Below, piece after piece: positions 1 to 9,107 of a stretch of 51,090 bases of DNA. Origin of the DNA: Patescibacteria group bacterium (GTDB lineage Bacteria; Patescibacteriota; Minisyncoccia; Moranbacterales; UBA1568); assembly GCA_038062975.1 (NCBI GenBank), contig JBBTWC010000017.1:1-51090 (forward strand). The letters are read 5' to 3'. The position numbers and the translations under genes are program-made. The notes under the pieces are model-generated. The model worked only from the letters and a program-made list of their open reading frames with translations. It was not told where the DNA came from and searched no databases. Numbering within the stretch: position 1 is the stretch's first letter; the number at the start of each line of letters is the position of its first letter.

Positions 1-549
1 CGAATTCACATTCTGTCCCAAGAGCATAATCTCTTCATATCCTGCTTCGAGCGCTTCTTTTGTTTCCTGAATAATATCTTCAAAAGGACGTGAACGCTCC
101 CGTCCACGAGAAAACGGAACGATACAGAACGCGCAAAAATTATTACATCCATTGGAAATAACGATCGAGGCCATTTTTCCAGAAGCTCGATGTGGCGCGT
201 ATTCAAAACCTACTTCTTCTAACGGTAAAATCTCAGCATCCGGTAAACGACTCGTAAGACGCTTCATCAACTTGCCACTTGGTTCACGTGCGGCTGCACC
301 GATAAGACACCCCGTCACAACAATACGCGGAGACTTTTCCCCGAGCCTTTCTTTCAGGCTCTTGAGCATTCCATACACCTTCTCTTCTGCACGATCACGG
401 ATGACACATGTATTCACAACCAAAACATCCGCCTCCTCGAGTGAAGAAGCGGGTAATAATCCACGTGATTCATAGAAGGCTGCCAAGCGCTCAGAGTCGG
501 CCACGTTTTGCTGACAACCAAAGGTTTTGATGAAGTATTTTTCAGGCAT
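1..549 (-). CDS. miaB: Radical-SAM methylthiotransferase, MiaB-like (N-terminal part; 3' end runs off the window)
   Basis: The frame is open to the window edge, so it is absent from the ORF track. My translation from the ATG at 547-549: MPEKYFIKTFGCQQNVADSERLAAFYES...VVNTCVIRD...ISNGCNNFCAFCIVP. It shows the FGCQxN..DSE N-domain and the CxxxCxxC radical-SAM cluster. Confidence 0.85.
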   Translation of the reverse strand, partial: MPEKYFIKTFGCQQNVADSERLAAFYESRGLLPASSLEEADVLVVNTCVIRDRAEEKVYGMLKSLKERLGEKSPRIVVTGCLIGAAAREPSGKLMKRLTSRLPDAEILPLEEVGFEYAPHRASGKMASIVISNGCNNFCAFCIVPFSRGRERSRPFEDIIQETKEALEAGYEEIMLLGQNVNS

Positions 550-583
550 AGCCGTCCAATTCTAGCCCGAAGAAACCCTTCTG

Positions 584-922
584 TCAACGAACCTCTTCTG
601 CTCCATCAAAGATATTCCTCTCCACCACAGGAGCGGTTTTGTACTCTTCTGCTCGATCCCGCAAACCCTGGACCAGCGTTTGAAATTCTTTTTCCTTCAA
701 AGAAGTTTCCTTGAAATGACTCTGGAGATATTCCTTCTTTTGGGCATCACTCCAACGGTACTGATAGATATTGAAATACCACAAATATCCTCCCCAAAGG
801 AGGGTACCGAGAAAGAGGATTGCAAACCAAAGTTTATAGTGCCGGTACCACACATACGTTAATACACGCGAAGAGAAACGCGGGTTATGAGTAATCTTGG
901 TTATAAAAGGCGGGAGTTTCAT
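584..922 (-). CDS. Hypothetical single-pass membrane protein, last gene of the pilus block
   Basis: 112-aa ORF with one hydrophobic segment (LWFAILFLGTLLWGGYLWYF). It lies 10 nt downstream of the pilO-like gene on the same strand. Confidence 0.5.
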   Translation of the reverse strand: MKLPPFITKITHNPRFSSRVLTYVWYRHYKLWFAILFLGTLLWGGYLWYFNIYQYRWSDAQKKEYLQSHFKETSLKEKEFQTLVQGLRDRAEEYKTAPVVERNIFDGAEEVR

Positions 923-931
923 AGCAAAATA

Positions 932-1693
932 TTACTTGGCTTTCTCAAGCTTATCAACATACACAACCATATTAATAAAGGCTTCGAGGGGTTTCTTTGA
1001 AGGTTCGCTCTCCACAACTACTTCCTCTGTAGCTCCTGGAGCCTCATCCGCATTCACATCACCCTGACTTGGAGAAAGCGAGAATGGATTCTTGCGATCA
1101 GGACTACTCGAAGAAGGCGTTTTCGTCTCTGTGTTTCTTGGATGAATATCTATGCTCGTAACATCCAGCGCAAAAGGCGCGGTCTCAAGCTTGTGCAAAA
1201 ATGCTAACAGAGATGCATAGTCGCCAGTCAGTGTGAGCTTTAAAGAAATATACTGATCCGAAGGGAGTTGTTCAACGAGAGTCTTTTTTACCTGCTCTGT
1301 TTTTGCTTCTGTTTCTGTACCATCTGTTTTCGCAGGAGCCTTCTTTTTAACTACTTCCGGATTTTCTTCTGATTTAATAGCGATTGTCACGTCGGTTTCT
1401 TGAGCGAGCCCCTCGAGCACTTTGATAAAGTCAACGATCCGATCTCGGGTCAATAAAATATCCAAACTCCCTTCATCTTTCCGTACGGCATCAAACTGAT
1501 TCCGGATATCCGGCAGACGAGAAAATTGTTCATTGCGATACTCACGACCAGCGTAAAATTGCTGTATCTCATCACGAATCTCACGAATGTGTCCATAAAA
1601 GGGCACAACACCAAACCACCCAATACCCCCCATCATCGAAAGAAGGACGAGGGCAATAATTAACCGTAAGTGTTTGTTGGTAAATTTATTCAT
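932..1693 (-). CDS. pilO: PilO-like type IV pilus assembly protein
   Basis: N-terminal TM helix followed by a coiled segment. It sits directly after the pilM and pilN homologs. The C-terminus is a low-complexity Ser/Pro/Glu tail. The assignment rests on position and architecture only. Confidence 0.55.
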   Translation of the reverse strand: MNKFTNKHLRLIIALVLLSMMGGIGWFGVVPFYGHIREIRDEIQQFYAGREYRNEQFSRLPDIRNQFDAVRKDEGSLDILLTRDRIVDFIKVLEGLAQETDVTIAIKSEENPEVVKKKAPAKTDGTETEAKTEQVKKTLVEQLPSDQYISLKLTLTGDYASLLAFLHKLETAPFALDVTSIDIHPRNTETKTPSSSSPDRKNPFSLSPSQGDVNADEAPGATEEVVVESEPSKKPLEAFINMVVYVDKLEKAK

Positions 1694-1696
1694 AAA

Positions 1697-2245
1697 CTAC
1701 TTTCGAAGACAGGTTGGTTTGATATCGAAATCCATTTGAAAATCAACATTCTCTTGTGAAAAGAGATTTGAGAGTGGCAAATTCACCCGAGAAACACATT
1801 CGTTACTTTTCAGCTCAGACTCTAACGTTAACGCATCCTCACGTTTGTCAGCTATACCCGTGAGGGTCACGGTATAATCCTTGGTTGTGAGACGATTGAG
1901 ATGGATACCTTCTGGGAGCGTTTCATTGAGCAAAAGAAATACATTGGTAAAAGAAAGGTGTGTCATATGAAACTTCCCGATAACATCTATAGCCTCATTG
2001 ACGCCACGAAATTTACCTTCAAACTCATTCAACTTTTTCTCCTGAGGAAGCATGGAGGTATGCGCTACACTCTGGAGACTGCGAAGCTGCATATCCAAAA
2101 CCATGTACACTCCCAAGAGAATACTGAGAATAAAAATTTCAAGCATGAAAATAAGAAAAAGCTGCCACAAAATAAAACGCGAACGGATCCCTTTGTGGAC
2201 CTCGCGCTTCTTTTCTTCTGGTAACAGATTAAGCAAAGTCTTCAT
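1697..2245 (-). CDS. pilN: PilN-like fimbrial assembly protein
   Basis: N-terminal LLNLLPEEKK (the PilN NLLP signature) followed by a TM helix. The ORF overlaps the pilM stop. Confidence 0.7.
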   Translation of the reverse strand: MKTLLNLLPEEKKREVHKGIRSRFILWQLFLIFMLEIFILSILLGVYMVLDMQLRSLQSVAHTSMLPQEKKLNEFEGKFRGVNEAIDVIGKFHMTHLSFTNVFLLLNETLPEGIHLNRLTTKDYTVTLTGIADKREDALTLESELKSNECVSRVNLPLSNLFSQENVDFQMDFDIKPTCLRK

Positions 2246-3323
2246 ACTCGTCTAATCCGCGGAGTGCAAGACCGATAGCGGTCGAATACTGCACTGAGTG
2301 ATTACGTTCAATGATCGGAATACGCTTTCCGAGATGCACATTTACCCATGGATTCCCTGCTTCTACCGGACGACCCAAACGACGCGACATATATGGAAGC
2401 AGTCCATTCATATTCGATCCACCACCACAAAAAATAATAGAATCAATCGCTTCAGAATACCTCAGGTTCGTGAGATAAAAATCCATAGATTTTTCAATTT
2501 CCGTAGCGATACTCTCTAGAATTGGTTGTGCTGCCATCATGACCGGACTCTTAATAGCCACCGAACCGAGTCCATGTTTAATCTTCAAAGACTCCGCTTC
2601 TTCGAAAGAAAGATGCATGGTCTTGGAAATAGCGTCCGTAATCATCTGCGATGAAAGCGGAACACTCGAGGTAAAACACGGCATGCTTCCGATAGCAATA
2701 AGAAAGCTTGTGCGTCTATCCCCAATATCAACAATCAGTGTAGTAGACTTATCTTTTTTCTCAGGCAAGAGGCTACGTGCCTGAGCAATAGATTCCGTTT
2801 CTAATCCCAATGGTTCAAGACCAGCCGCTTCCAATATTCCCTGGAACTGATCCACAACATTGCGTGCCACAGCCACCACTAACACATTCATCTTTCCTTT
2901 TTCTTGAGTAAATGTTTTATCAATCACCTGCCAATCGTAGTACACCTGATCCAGCGTCAATGGAATATTGGCTTCGATTTCCCATTTAATAGCCTCCTTC
3001 GTCTCTTCGTGCTCCATAATCGGAAGCGATATGATACGCAAAAAAGCCTTGGTCTCTGGAAGAGAACAAATTACTTTTTTACTCTTTATCTTTCGCGGGC
3101 CAGCTTTTTGCAGAAGGCTCTTGATGGCCGCCTCCACTGCTGAGGGATTGATAATCTCCCCGTCCATCACACTCCCTGGTGGCAATGGAACCGATCCAAA
3201 ACTCGCAATAAAATCCTGCTTCCCTTCACGATCAAGCCACACGGCCTTGATAGACAGGTCGCTCAAATCGAGACCAAAAGAACTCGGAAAGAGATCAAAA
3301 ACTTTTTTCTGAAGAAGACTCAT
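2229..3323 (-). CDS. pilM: Type IV pilus assembly ATPase-fold protein PilM
   Basis: Actin/HSP70-like pattern: FGLDLSDLSIKAV, LIVDIGDRRTSF, IIFCGGGSNMNGL. I moved the start to the internal MSLLQKKVF (track ORF 2229..3368). Confidence 0.85.
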   Translation of the reverse strand: MSLLQKKVFDLFPSSFGLDLSDLSIKAVWLDREGKQDFIASFGSVPLPPGSVMDGEIINPSAVEAAIKSLLQKAGPRKIKSKKVICSLPETKAFLRIISLPIMEHEETKEAIKWEIEANIPLTLDQVYYDWQVIDKTFTQEKGKMNVLVVAVARNVVDQFQGILEAAGLEPLGLETESIAQARSLLPEKKDKSTTLIVDIGDRRTSFLIAIGSMPCFTSSVPLSSQMITDAISKTMHLSFEEAESLKIKHGLGSVAIKSPVMMAAQPILESIATEIEKSMDFYLTNLRYSEAIDSIIFCGGGSNMNGLLPYMSRRLGRPVEAGNPWVNVHLGKRIPIIERNHSVQYSTAIGLALRGLDEYEDFA

Positions 3324-3377
3324 CTGTTTTATTTTGATGTTACGTATATCATAACATATTTCCTGCACATCCTTTGA

Positions 3378-4790
3378 CTACCTCTCTTCCCACAAATCCA
3401 TTTCATACTGCGTTCCTGTTGGGAAATATGGCGGAGGACAGTAGAGAAGATTGTTGTCGTAATACAAATTGCGAGTCGTATATCCTGTCCCATCGGTCCA
3501 TGCAAATCCGTACCGCTGATTCGATGCAATGGCGCCATAAATAGTCAGCACACTCTTGGTTGCTCCCGCGCCAGTATAATGATCTCGTCCGGCACGCCCA
3601 GTCTGAGCAATCATCGCACCATCAATACGAAGGTCGTTTTCACTCCCCTGATAAATCTCTACATCATTTTGTCCAATGATACCGATGATATCCGAACAAT
3701 CATAACTCGTATACCGAATATCTTTTCCAATATATATACTCTTTTGCGAAGATGAGATAAGATTCGCAGCTACTATCGTCACTCGCTTTCCATTCACCGC
3801 GCCTTCGAGCCAAACATTGTTTTCCACAAAAATCACCCCGTCATTTGGTATCTGATAGGTTGACCAGCCTCCTTGGTAACTATTTATTTCATTATTAGAA
3901 GCGTTAAAACTACGAACGGTACGAATACTAAACGTATCGTTCACATTGAGAATGACATGTCGTCCTTGATGAGCGTTGTCAAAATACAAACTTCCGTCTG
4001 TTCCTGCCTGAGCAACGCTCTTTATATAACTCAGGTCTCCCAAAACCCCATTAAAATCTGTCGTTGCTGTCGGAAAAGAACGCCCACCCCCAAAAACATC
4101 AGAACGATCAGGGACCGCCGTGGGTGGCAAAGGATCCGTCGGACTATCATGTGTATGCACACCAAACTCATCCCCACCTGTATGATCTGGATCATTATAC
4201 TGCGAAAGAGAACTACTAATCACGTTGTGTGCAAAACCATCAAACCGAATACCATAGTTGGAATGAATCTTCCCAAATACTTCCGTACCCGCTCCAAAGC
4301 GCAAGTTGTCATTAGAAAGTACGATATACTCACTCCACACCGGCTTTCGGAAACGCACCTCTATCACACGTGTAATCGTCGGGTATCGATACGTCCAGCC
4401 CGTTGCTTCTACTGTAACCAATGAAGACCCATTAGACGGTGGCGTCACAACTAAGCGATACCTTCCTACAGGACTTCCTCCTGGATCCGTGTACTCTACT
4501 TCATATGGCGTTGCTACTCCGTATGGACTTCCCGTTGCCCAAAAATCCGCTATCTGCTGTGCCGTTCGTCCCTCTACCTGATGCGCCAGATACCAACGGT
4601 AAAATTGAATCCCTGTTTCTGCAATTTGAAACGACTGCTCTCTGGCATGCACCTTGAGTGCATACTGCGTTTGCCCAATAATAAATGTCACAATGGAACT
4701 GAGAAGAATAGCCACCATAGTCATAACGACGAGTCCGTAGGCGAGAGCCGAAGCCTTCACTGTATATGTTTGCTTCATACCCTTACTCAT
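3378..4790 (-). CDS. Large pilus-associated protein with PilX_N-like hydrophobic N-terminus
   Basis: N-terminus is MSKGMKQTYTVKASALAYGLVVMTMVAILLSSIV. The ATG at 4790 overlaps the upstream pilin stop (ATGAGTAA). It sits in the pilin gene series. Confidence 0.6.
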   Translation of the reverse strand: MSKGMKQTYTVKASALAYGLVVMTMVAILLSSIVTFIIGQTQYALKVHAREQSFQIAETGIQFYRWYLAHQVEGRTAQQIADFWATGSPYGVATPYEVEYTDPGGSPVGRYRLVVTPPSNGSSLVTVEATGWTYRYPTITRVIEVRFRKPVWSEYIVLSNDNLRFGAGTEVFGKIHSNYGIRFDGFAHNVISSSLSQYNDPDHTGGDEFGVHTHDSPTDPLPPTAVPDRSDVFGGGRSFPTATTDFNGVLGDLSYIKSVAQAGTDGSLYFDNAHQGRHVILNVNDTFSIRTVRSFNASNNEINSYQGGWSTYQIPNDGVIFVENNVWLEGAVNGKRVTIVAANLISSSQKSIYIGKDIRYTSYDCSDIIGIIGQNDVEIYQGSENDLRIDGAMIAQTGRAGRDHYTGAGATKSVLTIYGAIASNQRYGFAWTDGTGYTTRNLYYDNNLLYCPPPYFPTGTQYEMDLWEER

Positions 4791-5412
4791 AATTATGTAG
4801 GTTGCGAAGATCAACAAATGATTCAATATTGATATTGTTTGGAGCATTGATAGGATCAATGTTTACCAAAAGATGTACTCGAACAAGCTGGATACTCGCT
4901 ATACTCGCCGGTGTCGTAAGAGGATTTGTGGTCGTGTCTCCAGGATAATCATCATTATAATAATAGAAAACAGGATCATCACTTTCGTTCACTACATAAT
5001 TCGTCATAACCGTTACTGTTTCAACTCCAGTATATGTAGGAGGTTGCACTGAAGTATCTGGTTCGGTAATACCGATTTTCATTTGATCATTTGGTTGATC
5101 CAAGAAATAACGCACCTTCTCGGTAACCCCGTCATCATCCGCATCTGCATAAATAGTCAGACTAAAATCATCTGCTGCGTCAATAGGATAGTCCCCATTG
5201 TCAGCCTGCTTCACACCGCGCAGTTGAATAACGATCTGATTCGTGGCACGAGAAGCAGCGGCCGAAGCCATCCCTGCTTCAAGGATAAAGCCGTTCGTTG
5301 CCCACACCTTCGTAAAGAGATAGGTAAATCCCTGCATCGCAATCATCATAACCGCAATGGCTACGAGTGTTTCTATAAGGGTCATTGCCTTGAAGGAGCG
5401 TTTGATACGCAT
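4783..5412 (-). CDS. Prepilin-type N-terminal cleavage/methylation domain protein (minor pilin-like)
   Basis: N-terminus MRIKRSFKAMTLIETLVAIAVMMIA matches the class III signal pattern (short basic leader, TLIE, hydrophobic helix). Confidence 0.8.
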   Translation of the reverse strand: MRIKRSFKAMTLIETLVAIAVMMIAMQGFTYLFTKVWATNGFILEAGMASAAASRATNQIVIQLRGVKQADNGDYPIDAADDFSLTIYADADDDGVTEKVRYFLDQPNDQMKIGITEPDTSVQPPTYTGVETVTVMTNYVVNESDDPVFYYYNDDYPGDTTTNPLTTPASIASIQLVRVHLLVNIDPINAPNNINIESFVDLRNLHNYE

Positions 5413-5416
5413 ACGC

Positions 5417-6802
5417 TTAGTTTGCAGTCATTTGAATATTCGCAACCTGGAGAGCGCCACTCACATCAACCGTATCACTCTCACTTCCATACCCGCTCGC
5501 CGTCACAGCAAGATCGTACGTTCCGGCCGTAAGCTCTGGCAACGCTTCTGGAAAATAGGCATACCCATACTGATCCGTTGTAACAGTTGCATCGTATACT
5601 AAAGTGGCATTGGAAAGCTGGACACTCGCACCAGAAACAGGGCTTCCATCCGCTTGATTTGTCACCTCTACTTTCACCGACCCAATATTCTTATCCAAAA
5701 GAACCGCATGCAAAGTAGTGGTTGACCCAGGAGCAGCATCATAGATGGTATTCGTCGTTCCTTCTGGAGAAAGCTTGTAAAAAGAATAATCCGTCACGCC
5801 AGAACCAAGGGCAAAGGTATATTGTCCATAGCTTTCATTAGTATACGACTCCTGTCCCGAGGAATCGGTAGATCCCGTCTGACTGAAACCGTAGACTAAA
5901 GAACTATCGCTTGGATCCGTACCAAGCACTCGTCCCCCATTGAGCGAAAAACTTATACTCGGAATAGCGGTTCCAAAAGGATCTTCGGTTTGGAGAGTGA
6001 TATCTGCATCCTGATCCATAACGATCGTTTTTTGATTTAAAACATTCGCTACCACAGAGGCATGGACATCCACTGGATTATAGGCGGTCGTCGGATAGGA
6101 CGGGAACGTACTGGCCCCAAAATAGCTATTCTTGCTAACAGTAATAACGTAGGCTTCGGTGCCTGCTGGGGCTCCGGGAAGGGTAAGGTTTCCAGTTGAG
6201 TCCGTCATTCCGGTTGTATCAACACCTGCAGCTGAGTTCACAATATGCACACTTGCACCACTCACTCCACTTCCGGTGGCATCCAAAACATTTATCGACA
6301 ACACCCCTCCACCACTCGAAGCTTCTATTCCGTTCGGAGAAAAGTTTCCAAACAAAACCACCTGCTGATCAGCTCCTTCATCACCCCAACTTACGGTTAT
6401 ACGAACACGCTTGTAGTCTGTTGGAATAGTATCGCTCGGGGTTTGACCATCAAATGCATCATCAACGTATTGAACGAATGTATAGACATTGTAACTATGC
6501 GTATTCACACTCACCGTCTCATCTTCTAGAAGGTCTCCCGCAGGGATACCGTACACCCAAGCCGACCCATTCCAATGCTTCGTTCCAATAGTGTCATAGT
6601 CGACACTCCGCACGATTTCCATTTTTTGGTTTGCTAAAGCCGTGGCCCCCAAACGGTTCTTCGACTCGATAATAAGTCGTGTCCCAGCAAAATAAACCTG
6701 AAAGAAAATAGCCGAGACAATAGCAAAAATAAACAACAATACCAAAGACTCCACCAAAGTGAATCCTTTCAAGACCCTGACGTTTTTATTTTTCTTTTGC
6801 AT
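5417..6802 (-). CDS. Large prepilin-type protein with carboxypeptidase-regulatory-like (Ig-like) repeats
   Basis: MQKKNKNVRVLKGFTLVESLVLLFIFAIV is a G|FTLVE prepilin motif. Two internal segments resemble CarboxypepD_reg repeats: VLDATGSGVSGASVHI...TDSTGNLTL and VTNQADGSPVSGASVQL...TDQYGYAYF. The start is taken at the internal MQKK. Confidence 0.75.
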   Translation of the reverse strand: MQKKNKNVRVLKGFTLVESLVLLFIFAIVSAIFFQVYFAGTRLIIESKNRLGATALANQKMEIVRSVDYDTIGTKHWNGSAWVYGIPAGDLLEDETVSVNTHSYNVYTFVQYVDDAFDGQTPSDTIPTDYKRVRITVSWGDEGADQQVVLFGNFSPNGIEASSGGGVLSINVLDATGSGVSGASVHIVNSAAGVDTTGMTDSTGNLTLPGAPAGTEAYVITVSKNSYFGASTFPSYPTTAYNPVDVHASVVANVLNQKTIVMDQDADITLQTEDPFGTAIPSISFSLNGGRVLGTDPSDSSLVYGFSQTGSTDSSGQESYTNESYGQYTFALGSGVTDYSFYKLSPEGTTNTIYDAAPGSTTTLHAVLLDKNIGSVKVEVTNQADGSPVSGASVQLSNATLVYDATVTTDQYGYAYFPEALPELTAGTYDLAVTASGYGSESDTVDVSGALQVANIQMTAN

Positions 6803-6882
6803 TTTTCTTTTTCTTTCAAAATTCTCCGCTTTGAAAAAAGTTCGAAACAGAATCAAAGCCAAGGAGAAGCACTAAAAAATAT

Positions 6883-8106
6883 CTACTTGATATTCTCCAA
6901 AACGCTATACATTGGCTGCAGCATAGCTACCGCAAAAAATCCCACACCTCCACCAATAAAGAGCATGAGGATTGGCTCAATAATAGACGACATATTCTTG
7001 GTAATCTGAGAGACCTCTTCTTCGTAAAATTCAGCCAAACGTTGCAATACCATTTCTGTTTTTCCTGTCTCCTCACCTACTTCAATAATCTGTGGGACAA
7101 GAATAGGAAAGAGCTTTGGATAGCGTCCAATAACCTTGGAAAGCTCAACACCCTTTTGAATCTCTGAAATAGCTTCTTGTAATGCCTCTCGATAATGCAC
7201 ATTTCCGAGTGTCTTTGAAACGATAGTAAGAGCGGTTACTACGGAGATACCACTTTTCAAAAGTGAGCTGTAAATACGAGCAAAACGAGCACAGTTCACC
7301 TTGATAACAATATTCCCCACAATAGGGAGTCGAATATAAATAAAGGCCAAAATTCGCTTTCCGATAGGTGTTGATGCAAATACCTTTCCACCAACAATAA
7401 CAATAAAAGCAAAAGCAAAGCTAAATACTGGATGCTGTCGCAAGGCATCACTCATTCCAATAATAAACTGAGTGGTTGCTGGAAGCTCGACGTCCATGTC
7501 CTGAAAAACACTCGTAATTTTTGGAAGAATATAGAGCAACATCAAAAGCCCAATACCAATCATGGCGACTACGATTACCAATGGGTAAATCAAAGCGCCT
7601 CGTACCTTACTCAAAAGATCATTTTCTTTCTCCAATTGTGTTGCCAGAATATCCAACACGTCTTCCAGGTTTCCGGAAATTTCTCCCACGGAAATCATGT
7701 TTGTAAATAACTCACTGAAAACAGCTGGATAGCGCGCCAGTCCTTCAGAAAGAGATTTTCCACCCTGAATGTCCTCATACACGGACTTGAGTATTTTCTG
7801 AAACGTGCGGTTCCGCGTCTGAACAGACAAATTGCTAATAGCGCGCGAAATCGTCAAACCAGAAGAAACCATAACAGCCAGGTTTCTCGTAAAAACCATC
7901 TTTTCTTTCAGAGGCACAGACTGAAAATGATCCAAGAATTTAATCTTCAACCCATCACTCGCCTCTTCAATTTCTTTATGTGAAGTGAGAAGATAGCCCT
8001 TGCTTCGCAAATCTTGCGCCAAGAACTTCTCGTCCTTTGCTTCCAGTTCGCCACCCATAGTCTCGCCCGTCGAACTGTTTTTTGCAGTATACAAAAATTT
8101 CGGCAT
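6883..8106 (-). CDS. pilC: Type IV pilus platform protein PilC (GspF family)
   Basis: Typical N-terminus MPKFLYTAKNSSTGE..GELEA. It has two GspF-type repeats with polytopic TM segments. The start is taken at MPKF (track ORF to 8172). Confidence 0.9.
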   Translation of the reverse strand: MPKFLYTAKNSSTGETMGGELEAKDEKFLAQDLRSKGYLLTSHKEIEEASDGLKIKFLDHFQSVPLKEKMVFTRNLAVMVSSGLTISRAISNLSVQTRNRTFQKILKSVYEDIQGGKSLSEGLARYPAVFSELFTNMISVGEISGNLEDVLDILATQLEKENDLLSKVRGALIYPLVIVVAMIGIGLLMLLYILPKITSVFQDMDVELPATTQFIIGMSDALRQHPVFSFAFAFIVIVGGKVFASTPIGKRILAFIYIRLPIVGNIVIKVNCARFARIYSSLLKSGISVVTALTIVSKTLGNVHYREALQEAISEIQKGVELSKVIGRYPKLFPILVPQIIEVGEETGKTEMVLQRLAEFYEEEVSQITKNMSSIIEPILMLFIGGGVGFFAVAMLQPMYSVLENIK

Positions 8107-8174
8107 ATTCCGATGTGTTTGTTTTGTTTTTCTTTTAAAATTATACCACGCTTTCCTCTCGTTCAATAGCACAT

Positions 8175-9098
8175 TTAGGCAGAGAAGCGCTCTTTAAATT
8201 TCTCAAAAACACGCGGACCTCTCGGGTGCGGTAAAAAGATAAGAGCTCGGTCCGTAGCCTCAATAAGACTCCCTTCCAAACGCGTATTTGGATTACGTTC
8301 AATTTTGACCTGCTGCCAAGAACGGAGCCAACTCTCCAAAGAAAAAAAATCAAACAACTTTTCTAAAAGAGACTGCACGAAAGAAGTAAATCGATTCGGC
8401 GCCACCAGAAACCGATTCGAAAGGCTCGCTGGAAGCATATTGGGCTTATACTTTTGGATCCACGTGTTTGCCAATTCAAATTTCTGAAACATCTTCGCAT
8501 TCAGAAGCGGTATGATAAAACGATATTCGTGTGCGGAGTACAGATCCTTTGTGCCAATCTCTAGGTTTTCATCCGTCACAAAATAATTAAGGCAAGCCCG
8601 ATCCACAATCTTCCTTCCGTGGCGTCGTTTTCCAATAAGATGCAAAAATCCTGTCAAAAGCGTTCTACCGATCCAAATACGCCCAGAAGCCAGAACAACA
8701 AACATATCCCAATCACTCTTTACGCTCCCGTGCTTCATAGCCAAACTCCCAGTTGCCCCTACCATACGTACGTAGGGTACGCAGGCAATCAGTCGTGCGA
8801 GACGCTTCATGCCTTTCAGTTTCTGAACGGAAATTTTTTCCTTTTGGATGCGCTCTTGTATCAATACCTCTCTCCCGGGAAGAGTATAGAATCCATTCTT
8901 CTCTACCAGTTTTCCAGAAAGCAACACGGAGGGAAGCGCTGCCTCGACGGCGTCCAAGGAACAAGCGGTATTATGCCCTACCGTGTCTCTGTCATATGAA
9001 ATCAAATGCTTCCAAATCTCGAAACTGGTCACCGGAAAATCCAATACATCATAGTACGTCACAGTGGCCAGGATATTTTTTCCCAACACGTATGCCAT
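8175..9098 (-). CDS. Hypothetical protein with possible Pol-beta-type nucleotidyltransferase motif
   Basis: 307-aa ORF. GATGSLAMKHGSVKSDWDMFVV fits the G-S...D-x-D nucleotidyltransferase pattern. I recognised no other motif. Confidence 0.5.
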   Translation of the reverse strand: MAYVLGKNILATVTYYDVLDFPVTSFEIWKHLISYDRDTVGHNTACSLDAVEAALPSVLLSGKLVEKNGFYTLPGREVLIQERIQKEKISVQKLKGMKRLARLIACVPYVRMVGATGSLAMKHGSVKSDWDMFVVLASGRIWIGRTLLTGFLHLIGKRRHGRKIVDRACLNYFVTDENLEIGTKDLYSAHEYRFIIPLLNAKMFQKFELANTWIQKYKPNMLPASLSNRFLVAPNRFTSFVQSLLEKLFDFFSLESWLRSWQQVKIERNPNTRLEGSLIEATDRALIFLPHPRGPRVFEKFKERFSA

Positions 9099-9107
9099 AG
9101 GTATTGC

